From: Octopus bimaculoides | Taxonomy: Eukaryota | NCBI RefSeq assembly: GCF_001194135.2 | Contig: NC_068984.1 | Coordinates: 24,009,193-24,057,419 of the forward strand | DNA: 48,227 nt | Direction: 5' to 3' | Part shown: positions 12,046-25,760 of the stretch, piece after piece | Layout of the letters: each line of letters starts with the position of its first letter | How positions within the stretch are numbered: the first letter of the stretch is position 1 | Position numbers and translations under genes: made by a program | Notes under the pieces: model-generated | Seen by the model: the letters and a program-made list of their open reading frames with translations, nothing else | Told to the model about the DNA's origin: nothing | Databases searched by the model: none

Positions 12046-12440
12046 TAAGACAGAGACAGAGGCGGAGAGAGAGAATGTGCGTGCGTATGTGTGCGCGCAT
12101 GAATGTGTGAAGGTGAAAAGAGAGAGAAATGGTGAGTCAGAAGAGAGAGAGAGAGACGGAGAATCAGAAGAGAAAGAGAGAGAGAGAGTGAGAGAGAAAT
12201 AGAGAGGGAGGGAAGGAGAGTGTGAGAGAGAGAGAGAGAGTGTGTGTGTGTAGGTTAGAGAAAAAGGAAAAGAGAAGAGCAGTTGAAGAAAAGCGAAAGC
12301 GAAAGAGAGAAATAGAGTAAGGGATTAAAAAGAAAAGTGATAGAGAAAAAGAGATAATAGGAAAGAAGAGAGAGAGAGAGAGAGAGAGAGAGTGTGTGTG
12401 TGAGAGAGAGAGAGTGTGTGTGTGAGAGAGAGAGAGATGG
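11455..12440. repeat. (CT)n, (TAG)n, (AG)n, (AGAC)n and (GT)n microsatellite region
   Basis: Direct reading; a GA-rich ~80-bp unit at 12300-12380 also occurs at 10290-10372. Confidence 0.9.
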
Positions 12441-13063
12441 GGGCGGGGAGATTCGAAGAAGACCCAGTGTAGCAAGTACACCGGGTGAGCTGTGGAACAT
12501 AAAAAGATGAACGTTTCCTAGATTTTGATTTATCGCATTGAAAAGCAGGAAAAGAAAAAAGAAAAAAAAAGAATAGATAAATAAATAAAGAAGGAAAGAG
12601 AAAAACAAAGGCAAATAAAACCTTTCAGAACAACAACAATAAGATAACTCCAACAACAGGTTCCGGTTAAATAGAAACATTTCTGTACAAGGGTAAACAT
12701 GGAGAACATTAATCATGCGGCAACAAACTGTGCAACAATCTCAGTGAATTGAGGAGACTTTAGAATGATAGATGACGCAGTTGTAATCTTTAATTTATAG
12801 CGAGCGAACAGTAATACCTAAATATGGAGTACCTTCTACAGAGGTGCCGACACACGTAGAAAGACGAGAACATACACATACATGTATAGGAACACCCACA
12901 TATACGTGCAAAAACACTCACACACACGAACATATATTAAATATAGATATTTTTGCATGCGAATGCGTATGCGTGTGGATATGTTTGTATTAGGAGGGTC
13001 TATTTTCAATAAATACCTGGTAAAAATATATATGCACCCATACTTACACGTGTGTATGCATTG

Positions 13064-13103
<40 letters not shown>

Positions 13104-13454
13104 NNNNNNNNNNNNNNNNNNNNNNNNNNNNNNNNNNNNNNNNNNNNNNNNNNNNNNNNNNNNNNNNNNNNNNNNNNNNNNNNNNNNNNNNNNNNNNNNN
13201 NNNNNNNNNNNNNNNNNNNNNNNNNNNNNNNNNNNNNNNNNNNNNNNNNNNNNNNNNNNNNNNNNNNNNNNNNNNNNNNNNNNNNNNNNNNNNNNNNNNN
13301 NNNNNNNNNNNNNNNNNNNNNNNNNNNNNNNNNNNNNNNNNNNNNNNNNNNNNNNNNNNNNNNNNNNNNNNNNNNNNNNNNNNNNNNNNNNNNNNNNNNN
13401 NNNNNNNNNNNNNNNNNNNNNNNNNNNNNNNNNNNNNNNNNNNNNNNNNNNNNN

Positions 13455-13686
13455 TCAGCAAAAAGCCAAAATGTAAAAATGAGCGAGACAAATGAAAATA
13501 TACGAAATATAAAACGATTACTTACGTACCATGGTTTCACTTGTTAATATTTACGTATGTATATATCTGCAAGATCATCAGCGTAGTCTGTCGCTTACAA
13601 AACACAATTTCCAGAACTAGACACAGAACGCTATTTCGTATATTTTCATTTGTCTTGCTCATTTTCACATTTTGGCGTTTTGCTGA
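13455..13686. repeat. Inverted repeat, 55-bp arms (13455-13509 / 13632-13686), left side running into a gap
   Basis: Arms are reverse complements at 52/55 positions by manual alignment. Confidence 0.9.
13523..13585 (-). ncRNA. Minimal type I hammerhead ribozyme motif in the inverted-repeat spacer
   Basis: Minus strand reads TACG-CTGATGA-T-CTTG..CAAG-T-GAAA-CCATGG-TA-CGTA: 4-bp stem I, palindrome ACCATGGT, GUA triplet. Confidence 0.7.
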
Positions 13687-13937
13687 AATTTTTCTTGAAA
13701 ACACGCTCTTCGTGGTAACGGCGATTTGACGTCTATGTTTAGCATATTTGTATGTAATTGCATATATATGTATATATATATATATATGCTCGCGCACATT
13801 TAAGATGAAGCCGTAACCCTTTCGATAATTGAACGATAACATTAAGCAAATGATGGCTTTTAAACTCCCAAATATTGATGACAATAAGCGGCTGATAACA
13901 GCCATGATTAAATTAAATAGCTTCCATTGTAGAAGTA

Positions 13938-13984
13938 AGTGTGTGTGTGTGTGTGTGTGTGTGCTTGTGTGTGTGTGTGTGTGC

Positions 13985-14066
<82 letters not shown>
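13938..14066. repeat. (GT)n microsatellite
   Basis: Direct reading. Confidence 0.95.
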
Positions 14067-14069
<3 letters not shown>

Positions 14070-16169
14070 CACACGAGTGAGTCAACAGACGAAAAATGTA
14101 GCGCTCAACACAGTTAGACACACATTACTGAAGATTTCGTGTGCGTAAAACATGTCAGTATCATCAGATGTTCAGAGTAAGAGTCTAACATTTAAATAAT
14201 ATTAAGTTAAACTGTTAAACTGTTACATATTTCTTTCAATCGTTTAAATTACTGGACTATGACCATAGTGGAGCACACTCTAGATTGATATACAAAGATA
14301 TCATGAACATTCTTAAACACGCATGTTCTCGTAGAAATAAGTTTAATCAATTGGGATTTCACCTGCATTAGTCTTTTAGCATTAATGGCAATTCTTGTCA
14401 AGGAAGGTAAGGAAAGTAACAATAAAATTTAAATGAATTAAAAATGAATGGGGATATGCTTTGAAGAGTGAGTTTGATTTTTTTTAATGTATATTTGGCA
14501 ACGTTACAGAAACATGGCCGCCTTGAAAGATCATAGGGAATTGCATAGAAAAGTGTCGAGAAAATAGAGATTTTTGTCATGTTTTTGAGTGTTGATTTGG
14601 GTACTCACAACACAACGCTGGGTTTCATTCTCGGTGCGGTTTGTCAGCAGACCACAGCTAGGAATCGTTTTCCAACACAGCCCAGAAATCAATGGTGCTG
14701 CTGAAAAAAAGCATCGATTGGATGTAATTTGTCAAGTGCTTTTGTTGTCTTCAAATCTGAGAGTCAGATTCGAGTGTTTGCAACAGAATAAACTCAATTA
14801 AAATCTTTCAGTGACCAGAGATGGTGTTATACTGGGAACATGTTAGTACTTCTAAACCTCCAAAAGTAAAACTAATGAAATAAATACACAGCTAATGATG
14901 GGTTCCGTTTATTGTGCCTCATCACCATTGGAAGGTAATTTTCATTTCAGAACGATGAAGCTGTTAAAGCCACATATCTAACGAACAGGATTTGTTTACA
15001 TGCTGAAAGAAAGTTAAAGTAATATCTAAAGAAATAGTGAAGAAACGAGAAAGAGATTGCCAAGAGATTGATGAGATTGCCTCAGCAAAGTTAATATAAT
15101 GCAGGATGAGAAAAGAAATTTTAAGAATATATTCCCGCGTTGAAAGGTTGTCAGAGAATACGAGGTTGGTCGTGGCTTGTTTTCGAAAGATGAAGCTGTA
15201 TTGATTACCGTAATATTAAATATTTAAGCTTACATTGTACACTCGTGCACATATACAAACACACATATGCTGGAATGTTCCTCTCAAAACATCTGTAGGC
15301 ACAACACAAGAGATATAATGAATAAGAACAGAGAATAGAGAGCATGCACAGAAGTAAAAGTCAGATATCTAGCAGATGTTAAAATTCTTCTTCAAGTAAC
15401 CACAATCGAAAAACGTTTTTCACGCTGCGCTCGGAATTTCTGTCCCCCATTAGCTTTGGTAGGTCCTAAATTTCATGTTGTGTGTCACAGTCAATAACAT
15501 CAATGTTATCTTTTATTAAATGCGTAAGCCTCCCAAAATCAACATCTTTAGATGTTAACACAATGTAAGAGATAAGAGTAAAAGATAATAACTATGTCGA
15601 ACTAATGAGAACTCTGCAGATATTTCAATCGTAAAAAGAACTTCTAAGGAAAATGTTTTAATGTGTTTGGTGTTAGATTTAGAATGAAAACGATTTTGGT
15701 CAAAATGCATCATGGCTTGATAAAAACGAAGAAGGAACACAATCAACTTTGAAACTTAAAGCTGCATAAAAGGAAAGCCCAAGGGAACGTCCTGAAATTT
15801 AGATACCGGTACAAGATGTTGACGTTGTACAGAAAGTCACTTTATGTTTATTTAAGAAAAATATGGAAGACCTGAGCATGAGCAAATTTAGTTACTAAGA
15901 ATGAAAATACTGATTTGAGAGAGATCGAGGGGCGTGGAGCCGCAAAGCGTGCAGCACCGTCGGCCGAGCGCACTGGTCGTCGGGCGGGTGCCGGCTGGAT
16001 GAGAATTGTATGTATGCATGTATGTATGTATGTATGTATGTATGTATGTTTGTATGTATGTATGTATGTATGTATGTATGCATGTAATTACATACATACA
16101 TACATAATACATACATACATACATACAAATGACCATACCATGGTCAACAGTTATCACTGACAACTATTA

Positions 16170-16920
16170 AGCAACAGTCTTTGAATGCATCACTCAGACA
16201 ACACAAGTTGTACAGTAATGAAAGAAATGAGTACGATATATGCATACCCAAAAGTGAGAGCAACATCTTCACAGTACTACTATCTCATGCGACCCCAAAG
16301 AGGCTGGACTAGGCTACTTAAACAGAAGCTTGAAGAATCATACTTGCAAAATAACAAAACATGGGTACATATCCTGTTAGCTAGAGGATAGTAGCATCAT
16401 CGACAAGAAGTGTACCTCTCCTGAACCTGTGATAAATACTTTGCATCCCATCTAGAAAAATATACCTTCGCTATCCAAGAACAGAAGATAGATACCTGAT
16501 AAGCAAGAGAGAAAAAGATACCACTAAACCTCCACGTTGTGATAAAAAATGTCGGCTATGCTATACTAGTGTGGAAGATATCACTCACGTCATCAGCAGC
16601 TGCCCAAAATATCTAAGAGATTCTACCTTCTCTTGAGATTTGATATAGATACAATGCTTACCCACAGGAAGAATTGCCCTGATGGATACATCAAATACAT
16701 GTCAGAACCAGAATGTATTCCCACTTTTAAAAACAAGGAATACTTTTGGAATACTTCAATAAAAGCAGCAATTCGATGCAAACATAACAGATCTATATTG
16801 TTCTGTGGGACAAAAGTCATGCGTTATTGTAGAGATCAGCTGTCCAGCGGATGTGAATGTGCCATTAAAACTGCAGAAGAGAAGAGAACATTTATTGCAG
16901 AGCTTACGGCTTTTATACTC
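16170..16920 (+). mobile_element. R4/Dong-type RLE non-LTR retrotransposon 3' fragment
   Basis: Frameshifted motifs YTFAIQEQ, CCHC KCRLC..SVEDITHVISSC, FWNTSI..RCKHNR, IVLWDK, EISCPADVNV (restriction-like endonuclease). Confidence 0.8.
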
Positions 16921-17400
16921 TGACTACCATTTTTGTCAATGACTTGCCCTAAGTACTTAATTTGAGGCAAAAAGAATTCGCCTTTTTCTTCACACAAAGT
17001 GAACCCCCACTCCTCAATTTTATTGAACAAAGCTTTTATATACTCCACTTGCTCTTCACGCGAATTACTCTTAATCAATATGTCGTCCAAATAAGCGATT
17101 GAAAATTTACAGTCAGATAACACAACATCCATGATTTGCTGAAATATTGCTGGAGCAACTTTTAATCCAAAAGGTAACCGGGCATAGCTGCACAATCCTC
17201 AATGTGTATTTATTATCAGATACTTTGAGCATTTGCCATTTACTTAAATCTGTAAATAAGTGTCAGACAGATCCAATTTGGAGAAATTTTTTCCACCAAT
17301 TAATTTTGCGAAAATGTCCTCTGGAGTCGGGAGTGGATGGTGGCATGTCTTTAAGCAGTCATTGAATCCTGTAGAGAAATCGGCACACAGCATGAGATAC
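16920..17400 (-). mobile_element. Ty3/Gypsy reverse transcriptase fragment with in-frame stops
   Basis: CADFSTG, HPLPTPEDIFAKL, FSKLDLSD, RLPFGLKVAPAIFQQIMD, YLDD, YLGQVI. Confidence 0.92.
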
Positions 17401-17409
17401 CAGTGGCAA

Positions 17410-18460
17410 ATATGATTTCTTTGTGAATGATCTAAAATTTATACTATAAATATTCGTAATTCTGAGAAAGAGCTAGATTCACAGCATTTTCTACTGATAT
17501 AAGGATGGAGTTTGAACAAAAACGCGGGAAAACTGTTTACCAAACCCCAAACCTTCAGAGAGACATCGGTTGGCTCTCTGTCTTCCTTGTTCCACACATG
17601 CCTTGGCATTTGCAAGAATGTATCGTATAAAGGTGTTCTGAACAAATACAGAAAGATATCAGATTTAAAGCATGGTAATCGGAACAGTTTTCTTACAAGA
17701 TATCTCAATACATTTGTAGTAACAGTAAAGGTACAGCGTTTGGGATATTGACTGTTCTACTGAAGAAATCTGCTCTCTATACATTAAAACCTACAAAATC
17801 CTGGCATCAAGTGAAAGCTTCCACTGAAATAGTGATATTTATAGATACTTATAAATAGTGATATTCATAGACTTATAGATTTCCTTGAAACAAAAGAGTG
17901 GCGAGTCAACTTTGATTGTTATATTTTGTCCATCAGATAACTTCCATTAAACAACAGCGACAATCAGTTGCTACAAAAGAAAGAACAACGTTCTGTATGT
18001 GCGGAAGGAATTCATTTCTCGGTGACCTTCCATGCAAGCTCAGAATTGCTGGACTAGAATGTTTCAATAAAGACATGGAAGAGAAACATTTTGTATGTCA
18101 AAGAAAAAGTAAATAGAATAATAAATAGATAAAAAAAGAAGTTGTGCGTGGGTATGCTTCTTATGTTTTCAGTAGACTTAACTATTTTACTTTTGACAGA
18201 AAGTGTAATCTCTCTTGTGGTCGTAACATAACATCATATTTCGAAGGCTATGCTTTAGCAATAGAAGAGCTGGGAGTAGCTACAAAAAATCTAATGAACA
18301 AAAGAGATAGAAAATCCATTACGTAAACCTACCGAGATGCAACTCAAATTATTGATTATGTCATATCTCCCAGGAAAATATTACGCATATGAGCAGTAAC
18401 TGCCCCAAAATGTCATCGATCTTCCAATACGGTATAATGCTGCTGCTAAAACATTACGCG
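17410..18460 (+). mobile_element. Second R4/Dong-type LINE fragment (late RT to CCHC), heavily decayed
   Basis: FVNDLK (YMDDLK-like), STDIRMEF, LNTFVV..YSFGILD, EGYALAIEE, ENITHMSSNCP. Confidence 0.7.
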
Positions 18461-19139
18461 ATAACACCACAGTGCCATCCATTGGAAAGACTGCTCTGGG
18501 ATATAAACAGAAAATATGGAAGGCCAGATTGACACGCCATATTGACTTGCCAATATAAATATAATATAAATGTATAACGTAAATATTTTATTGCGTGAAT
18601 ATGTTTTTGAGAAATATAAAATAAAAACGTTTTCTGGTAGTGAGTACATATACATGTAACGATATTAGTGGAACATTTCCATTCAAACTTCTGTCAAGTG
18701 CTAATATAACATGCCTTATGTAGTTGTTTGGGACAGAAAAAAAAAAGCGAACAGCTAGAGTGAACTGTTTGGCAGATGTGAAAATTTATTTCAAAATCAG
18801 TGAGAAGAGTAATTATACAATAACTGCCTCGAAACCTATCGCTTCTCTAACCAGATTATAAATTCACTTTTACACCAATTGTTATTGCTATAATCAGCTA
18901 AGTTAGTGTGTATGTCTAATTAACAGTCTGGAAAAAAGAAAGTGACCAGCTAATACAGGCTTGACAAATACAATCTGTAAACGGAACAGTAAAAATAATA
19001 CTTTTCTAAAGTACAACATATAACTTTTTAACATTGTTGTTATTAAATTTCTACCGATGGAACTTCGTTTCTTTCTTGAAAATCAATCAGTTCCTTTTCT
19101 TTTTGTAGGGTAAAGACCCAACTTCGGGGGAAAAACAAA

Positions 19140-19307
19140 GGTCGATACAACTTAGCACCAGTGACGTCGCATCTCATTTCTACAGTTCAGTGAACTGGAG
19201 CAACGTGAAATAAAGTGTCTTGCGCAAGTATACAACACAAAGCTCGGTCCAGGAATCGAACTCACAACCTCACGACTGTAAGCCCGATGCTCTAACCATT
19301 GAGTCAC
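19140..19307 (-). mobile_element. tRNA-derived SINE, family B
   Basis: Antisense tRNA head (GGAATCGAACTC, TCTAACCATTGAG) and GTGTCTTGCGCAAG core. Confidence 0.7.
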
Positions 19308-19619
19308 AAAGCAAAATTCAACTATGTGAGAAGATCAATATACTGAACAACCAGAGCAAAACAACGTTTACAAACGGTCATTTAAAAATTTGTAACCGAT
19401 CTGTATAAATGTATAAAACACTCATAGCATTAATGAGTGTTTACAGCCGATCTAGCATTTATTAGACTTCGATCTGTTAATTACCCAGTGTGTGAGGGAG
19501 AATGGGAAAGAAAATATGAAGGTGAGAAAAAAAAATGAAGATAAGCAATTACATATGCGTTTCTATCGCATTCAGTTGAGACACGAGAGGGTAATACAGG
19601 AGATTTTGTAAATAGAAAA

Positions 19620-20695
<1,076 letters not shown>

Positions 20696-21597
20696 AACGA
20701 CTTATTTACGTTTTAGAAACGAACCTCTTTTTTTTATCCTGACCGCTTTCCTCGCCCATCATTTGGATTACTTTAACAACCTTGGTGAAAACACATTCTG
20801 CAGGTGCTTTAAATTCTTTTTAGATTTTCCACCCATTAAAGAAAAAAATATAGATACTTTATTTTATATCATATTTTATTTTCATTTTGTTTAAATTATA
20901 TTTGACATTATTATTCCAGGAAATCAACAAACAGCTTCCAGATAATTCTGGTAAATATACATAAAAAATAAATGATAAGAAAAAAAAAACAGGAAAAGGA
21001 CAAACAAAATCAAAAAAAAAACATACCCACACACACAAAAAATAAGGAGACATGAAGTTGCTGTAGCTTCTAACAAAGGCAACCGAAAATAAAAATAACA
21101 ACACGCACACACATATAATATTACATAGGCACACACATACACACACAAACACGCACACACACACACGCGCACACAGTATGTTTAATCAATTGAAACAAGA
21201 CGCCTGTATGGAAATAATGTGCGCACTCGCTGAGAATCGAACCCGTGTCTGTTTTGTGGAGTATGCCATAAGTTTGAGTACCATGAAGAATAGAAAGTGT
21301 AACATTATGGACACTTGCCTTTTTCAGAGAATATAAGAAGAGAAAGAAATTGTTTGCGCTGTGTTGGCGATGCAGGAAGTGGACGACAACCGGATATATG
21401 CTCAACGATATTAATTTAAGCTATTATTAACGTTATATTTCTTCCTTAGAACTTCAGTTCTTGATGGAATCCTTGAGGCGCCTTCGTGATCTGCAAAGTG
21501 TCTTGGGCATTTCGAAACCTGGAAAGGCCAGTCCCTCTCCAGTCTGAAGGCAGCCAAGTACTTCCAGTAGGGGAGAGAGAGAGAGAANNNNNNNNNN

Positions 21598-21800
21598 AGA
21601 GCTCAACTGGTACTTAATTTATCGACCCCCCGAAAGGATGAAAGGTAAAGTCGACTCCGCGGAATTTGAACTCAGAAATATAATAAGAAATGATAATAAC
21701 AACAAGAATCGACTCCAGCACTGGATTGGTATTTTATTTATCGACCTCGAAAGCATGCAAGATATAGGTGACCTCAACAGAATTTGAACTCAGAACGTAG
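21598..21800 (-). mobile_element. Two partial family A SINE copies
   Basis: AACTGGTACTTAATTTATCGACCCC..GGAATTTGAACTCAGAA at ~21598-21680 and ~21715-21800. Confidence 0.75.
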
Positions 21801-21819
21801 ATAATCAGAAACCGTAAGG

Positions 21820-22690
21820 CAGTGGCTCTCAAATGGGGGTGAAAATCAAATTGGTGGGGGCGATGAATGCCGTCTTCGATCGGCGACTGCACCCACAACA
21901 GGCAATCACGCATCCAGTGCATCATGACAAAGGCTCTTCTCAATAACTGCGGTCAAGCCGTAAAACCAACTCTTTTTCTTAATTCAAATACAGTAGCTAT
22001 GCGCCTCAATAAGTGCGTTATCTTCCAGAATTTAGTTCATCGATTTATAATGACTCATTCATCACTGAATTTCTTACCCTTGTTACTATGACACTGGGCT
22101 GCGTGATTCATTGAATACACGGCGCTCGCCTGAATTTGACGGTTTCTCTCTTCAGCGTCGGACGCAGATATAATATTATAGTTTAGTGTTTACTAATTTG
22201 CATTCGTTTTCGCCCACTTTTTATGGCAGGCTCGGCGAAAAAGAAGTGTCGACAGTATATTGATGAGTACTTACAATACGGTTTTACCAAGAACTCTACA
22301 GACCCAAAGCAGCCGTTTTGTATCATGTATCATCAATTTTTGTCCAATGAAGCCATGAAGCCCTCTCGACTTTCTGACCACACGAGAAGGGAACACCCAG
22401 CAAAAGTCGGTAAATCTATCAGATATTTTGAGTCATTGAAAACTGATTTTCTTATTTAAGAAACGCAAAAATTAATAACGGTTGACTGATTGCTTCCTTC
22501 AAAATTGCAGAAATTATTGCAAAAACAGGTAGTGCACATACGGTAGCTTAAAAGATTATTGAGCCTGCAGTAGAAGCAGTAATAGAAGTTATAAATCAAG
22601 ATCTTTCATCTATTATTGAAGCTCTACCTTTGAGTAATGATTCTATCCGTAGGAAAATTGATAAAATGTCAGGTCATATCAAAGAAATCA
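21820..22690 (+). mobile_element. hAT (Buster/Charlie-type) transposon 5' part with BED-finger transposase remnant
   Basis: CAGTGGCTCTCAAA end preceded by CCGTAAGG (NNNTANNN); KKCRQYIDEYLQYGF, LSNEAMKPSRL, ASFKIAEIIAKTG.AHT, LPLSNDSIRRKI. Confidence 0.88.
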
Positions 22691-23000
22691 GCCTTTCTTT
22701 TTTAGGTCTTTTAAAAGTTAAAACTATAAAATCAGCCATTTTTAACTCTAAAGTAAAGAAAAAAACTATAGTTTTTGAGTTCTAAAGCCCTTAAAAAAGC
22801 AACAACAAAAAAAGGCTGATTTTATAGTTCTGGCACTTTTTAAAGGTGTGATTTTAGGTGGTTTTAGAACAAAAACTGGTGTTTGAGGGGTTTTTTTCTA
22901 TAACAAAAATTAACGTTAACCGTTTATCGATAACTTCCGTTACATTTTAAAAGAATTAACTGATTAACGAAATTAACTTTTCTGTTAACAGCACCTACCT
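22690..23000. mobile_element. Probable terminal fragment of another DNA transposon or MITE
   Basis: Abrupt loss of Buster homology; clustered TTAAC/GTTAAC subterminal-like motifs. Unclassified. Confidence 0.3.
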
Positions 23001-25449
23001 TTGCATATATACAATCACTACGCTAATAAACTACCGTGTAATTTGCAAACAGATTGCCGATGGAAGACGAACTAATTAAAGACAACGCACCGATTATAAT
23101 AAACACCAACAAGGACAATGTGAATAATAATAAGAGTTTAAGTCCTTTGTGTCATTAAATTAAATGCTAAAGGAAAGCTATGAATCATTCTTAACCTTTG
23201 TCCCATTCTAATGTCACTAACATCATTGTTAAAGCCGATATTTTAAAAAAACAAGTTCCAAACAACAAATTCTTTTCGGCATCGACTAAAAAAAAATCAA
23301 GCCTAAATGTTATTTTATTAATCAATTGTCAGATGATCGTATAAACCTCAAGCTATTTCCTTAGAATTTTAACTATGTATTTTCAAAATTTTCCACGGGT
23401 AGAAATCAAGTATCTCCAACGTCATGAAATTAAACTGCTTGATGTTGACTTATATCACTAAAAATAAAATCAATTAATCGTAAGCTAATTTGCTACAATC
23501 GCAGTACGAGTTTAATTCGTTTAATGACCGAGCTCGTTTTACGTTTTACTCGTTTTACACACATAGATTTGGGATTTGTCTTGTTTTGTTATTTACTTTA
23601 ATCACTTTTTCTCGCATTAGTTCTCACTTCGTAGTTTGTATTCTCTGTTTTAATTTTTGTTTGTTATTTTGTGCTCATTACTTGCGTTTTCGGTACGTGT
23701 TCTTTTAAATATATTTCAGTTTCCAATATTCGTTTCATTTTGAAAATGTATCCTCATAAGCTGGCTAGGATGTTGGTGGCCAACGATACATTTAAATCAC
23801 GAAACAATTATGTGGTAAACATTAGCAATCCCAGGACCTCTGGGGCACACATACTCGCGCCCATTTTCGACGACCATGAAATATGCACGTCACGTGATCA
23901 GTCAGGATCGGAAGGACGAGATGGCAGAGGGAAAAAAACTTCCTGGAATCGGACAGTAAGTTGGTGGATTCTTGGTATGAACAGCTACGAAGTCCAAAAG
24001 TCCAAAAGCTCCGAAAATCTGTTTAGACATTTCTCACAGTCTAGCAGGTTCCGACAAAATTTCCTGGGTGTGCCAGTATGGACAATGAACAACTATAGCA
24101 GACTATCCATATCTTATCTAGATAGAATTATTTTAGATCAGCGATTAGGTATTATGTAGAATGTCTTCAGTTCAAATTGGTCAGCTACATAGACCAGTAC
24201 ACATGAGTACACATGAATAAGAATCCGATTACAGGTAGATGAATACATCATTACTGACATGCAAAGACCGCAGAGACCAGCTTAAGGAACAAGCGGCACC
24301 TGTCGAGGACAATCGTCAATAGCCGGTGGGGGAGCACTCTTAAAACACAACGATTAAATCAGAACCGATAGCGTTTTGTAATAAAGGGGAACCAATCTTG
24401 AAGAGGTGATTAAGGGCCTAGTATCAGTCGTGATAGTGCAAGGATAAACCTCGAAATTTTGTTTCAATGCGAAACACGAGGTCGGCTTTGTCAGAGCCGG
24501 AGTTCGTGTGCTAAAATGACTGTAGTTCGTGCTTCAATCTACTTAGCTTTGAGAAATAGATAATAAATCTCCAGCAATGGTTAGCTTCAATACAGGCTCT
24601 TCTCTCTTTAAAATGAAGGAATCGGATAATATCTTATGATCAGATCATTCTTTTTTAATCAGATTATTTCAATAATTTGAATTCTATATTTTTCTCTGTC
24701 TGTTAGATGGATCGTACTTATATTTGAAGATAAAAACAATTTTGTTTTTGTTTGAGACTGTATGATAAAAGTGAATGGTTCTACAACACATTGGGTCAAA
24801 ATCTGAATTAAAACAAATATAAAGATCATATAATCAAACAGGATGCAGGTTTTTGCGTTTGAGTTAGAAAGCGACCGAGAATTAACGAATTACTGAGACA
24901 AATATGTTCTAAAATGTAAACACTAAAATTATGTCGATGATATCACTGCTTATTTGGGAAGATATGCTTATGAGGTAGACATGGTGAGAGACATTCTTGA
25001 ACCATTTATGTTGACTTCACTCGCTGACACAATTCTATGCATGACTGTTCTTTTCCCACGAACAAATAAGACAGAATGGCATTTTTATTCTTATGAATCA
25101 GGCGATAAACAAATATTGACAGTAAAACTGTACCTTCTTTTCACTTTAGGGAATGGTTTTGAGTAGTGAGACAGCAGGACGTTCAAACAGGGTAGGAATT
25201 CTCTCTTGTAACTAGAGTGGTGATTCATTCTCACAATATCAAATCCATTTAGTGTCAACTTCGGGTTTCGTCTTTTCTGTACAAGAAAACAAAAACCTTA
25301 GACAGTGAGTGGAAACCCAGTCAACATTCAAACAGGACGTACCGAGCGACAAAGAAACAGTCTTGATAATATTTTGTAGAAATGAGAGAGCTATCTGAAT
25401 ACATTAGAATGATGATAGAAATACTTCAAATTGCCTTCAGCAGAGAAAA

Positions 25450-25760
25450 TTGAAACTATTCCTATGGAACTGCATAAAGATTTTGTATAATGTGCCAAAC
25501 AGTTGTGAATGCTCCAAAAGGATTTAAACAGATAGGAATCCGAGGAAAGTGGTTCTGGCCTCTATCAGCAACAATTAATCCAGAAAATTAATAGAAGAGT
25601 TTGATCAATTCAATCGATGAGAGTAGTGAATGATCTAACTTTTCGGATATTTGCTCTTTGCCTGAAAGTAGCGACAGGAGAGAATGTGATATTATCGATT
25701 TGCTCGTAAACAAGTATATATTCAGTGAGAATCATCCTCGAAGAACATGACACGTGCTAT
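25450..25760 (+). mobile_element. Possible very decayed LINE RT remnant
   Basis: GIRG and VNDLTF.DI-like motifs appear only if frameshifts are assumed. Confidence 0.25.

Noticed and set aside
14110-14175. Minus-strand ACAT-CTGATGA..GAAA..TA-ATGT hammerhead-like order
   Set aside because: Stem II and stem III do not pair convincingly.
23480-24540. GC-richer segment with ORF 23671..24159 and a possible CFNC zinc-knuckle remnant
   Set aside because: Probably a decayed retroelement, but motifs need several frameshifts; not classifiable.
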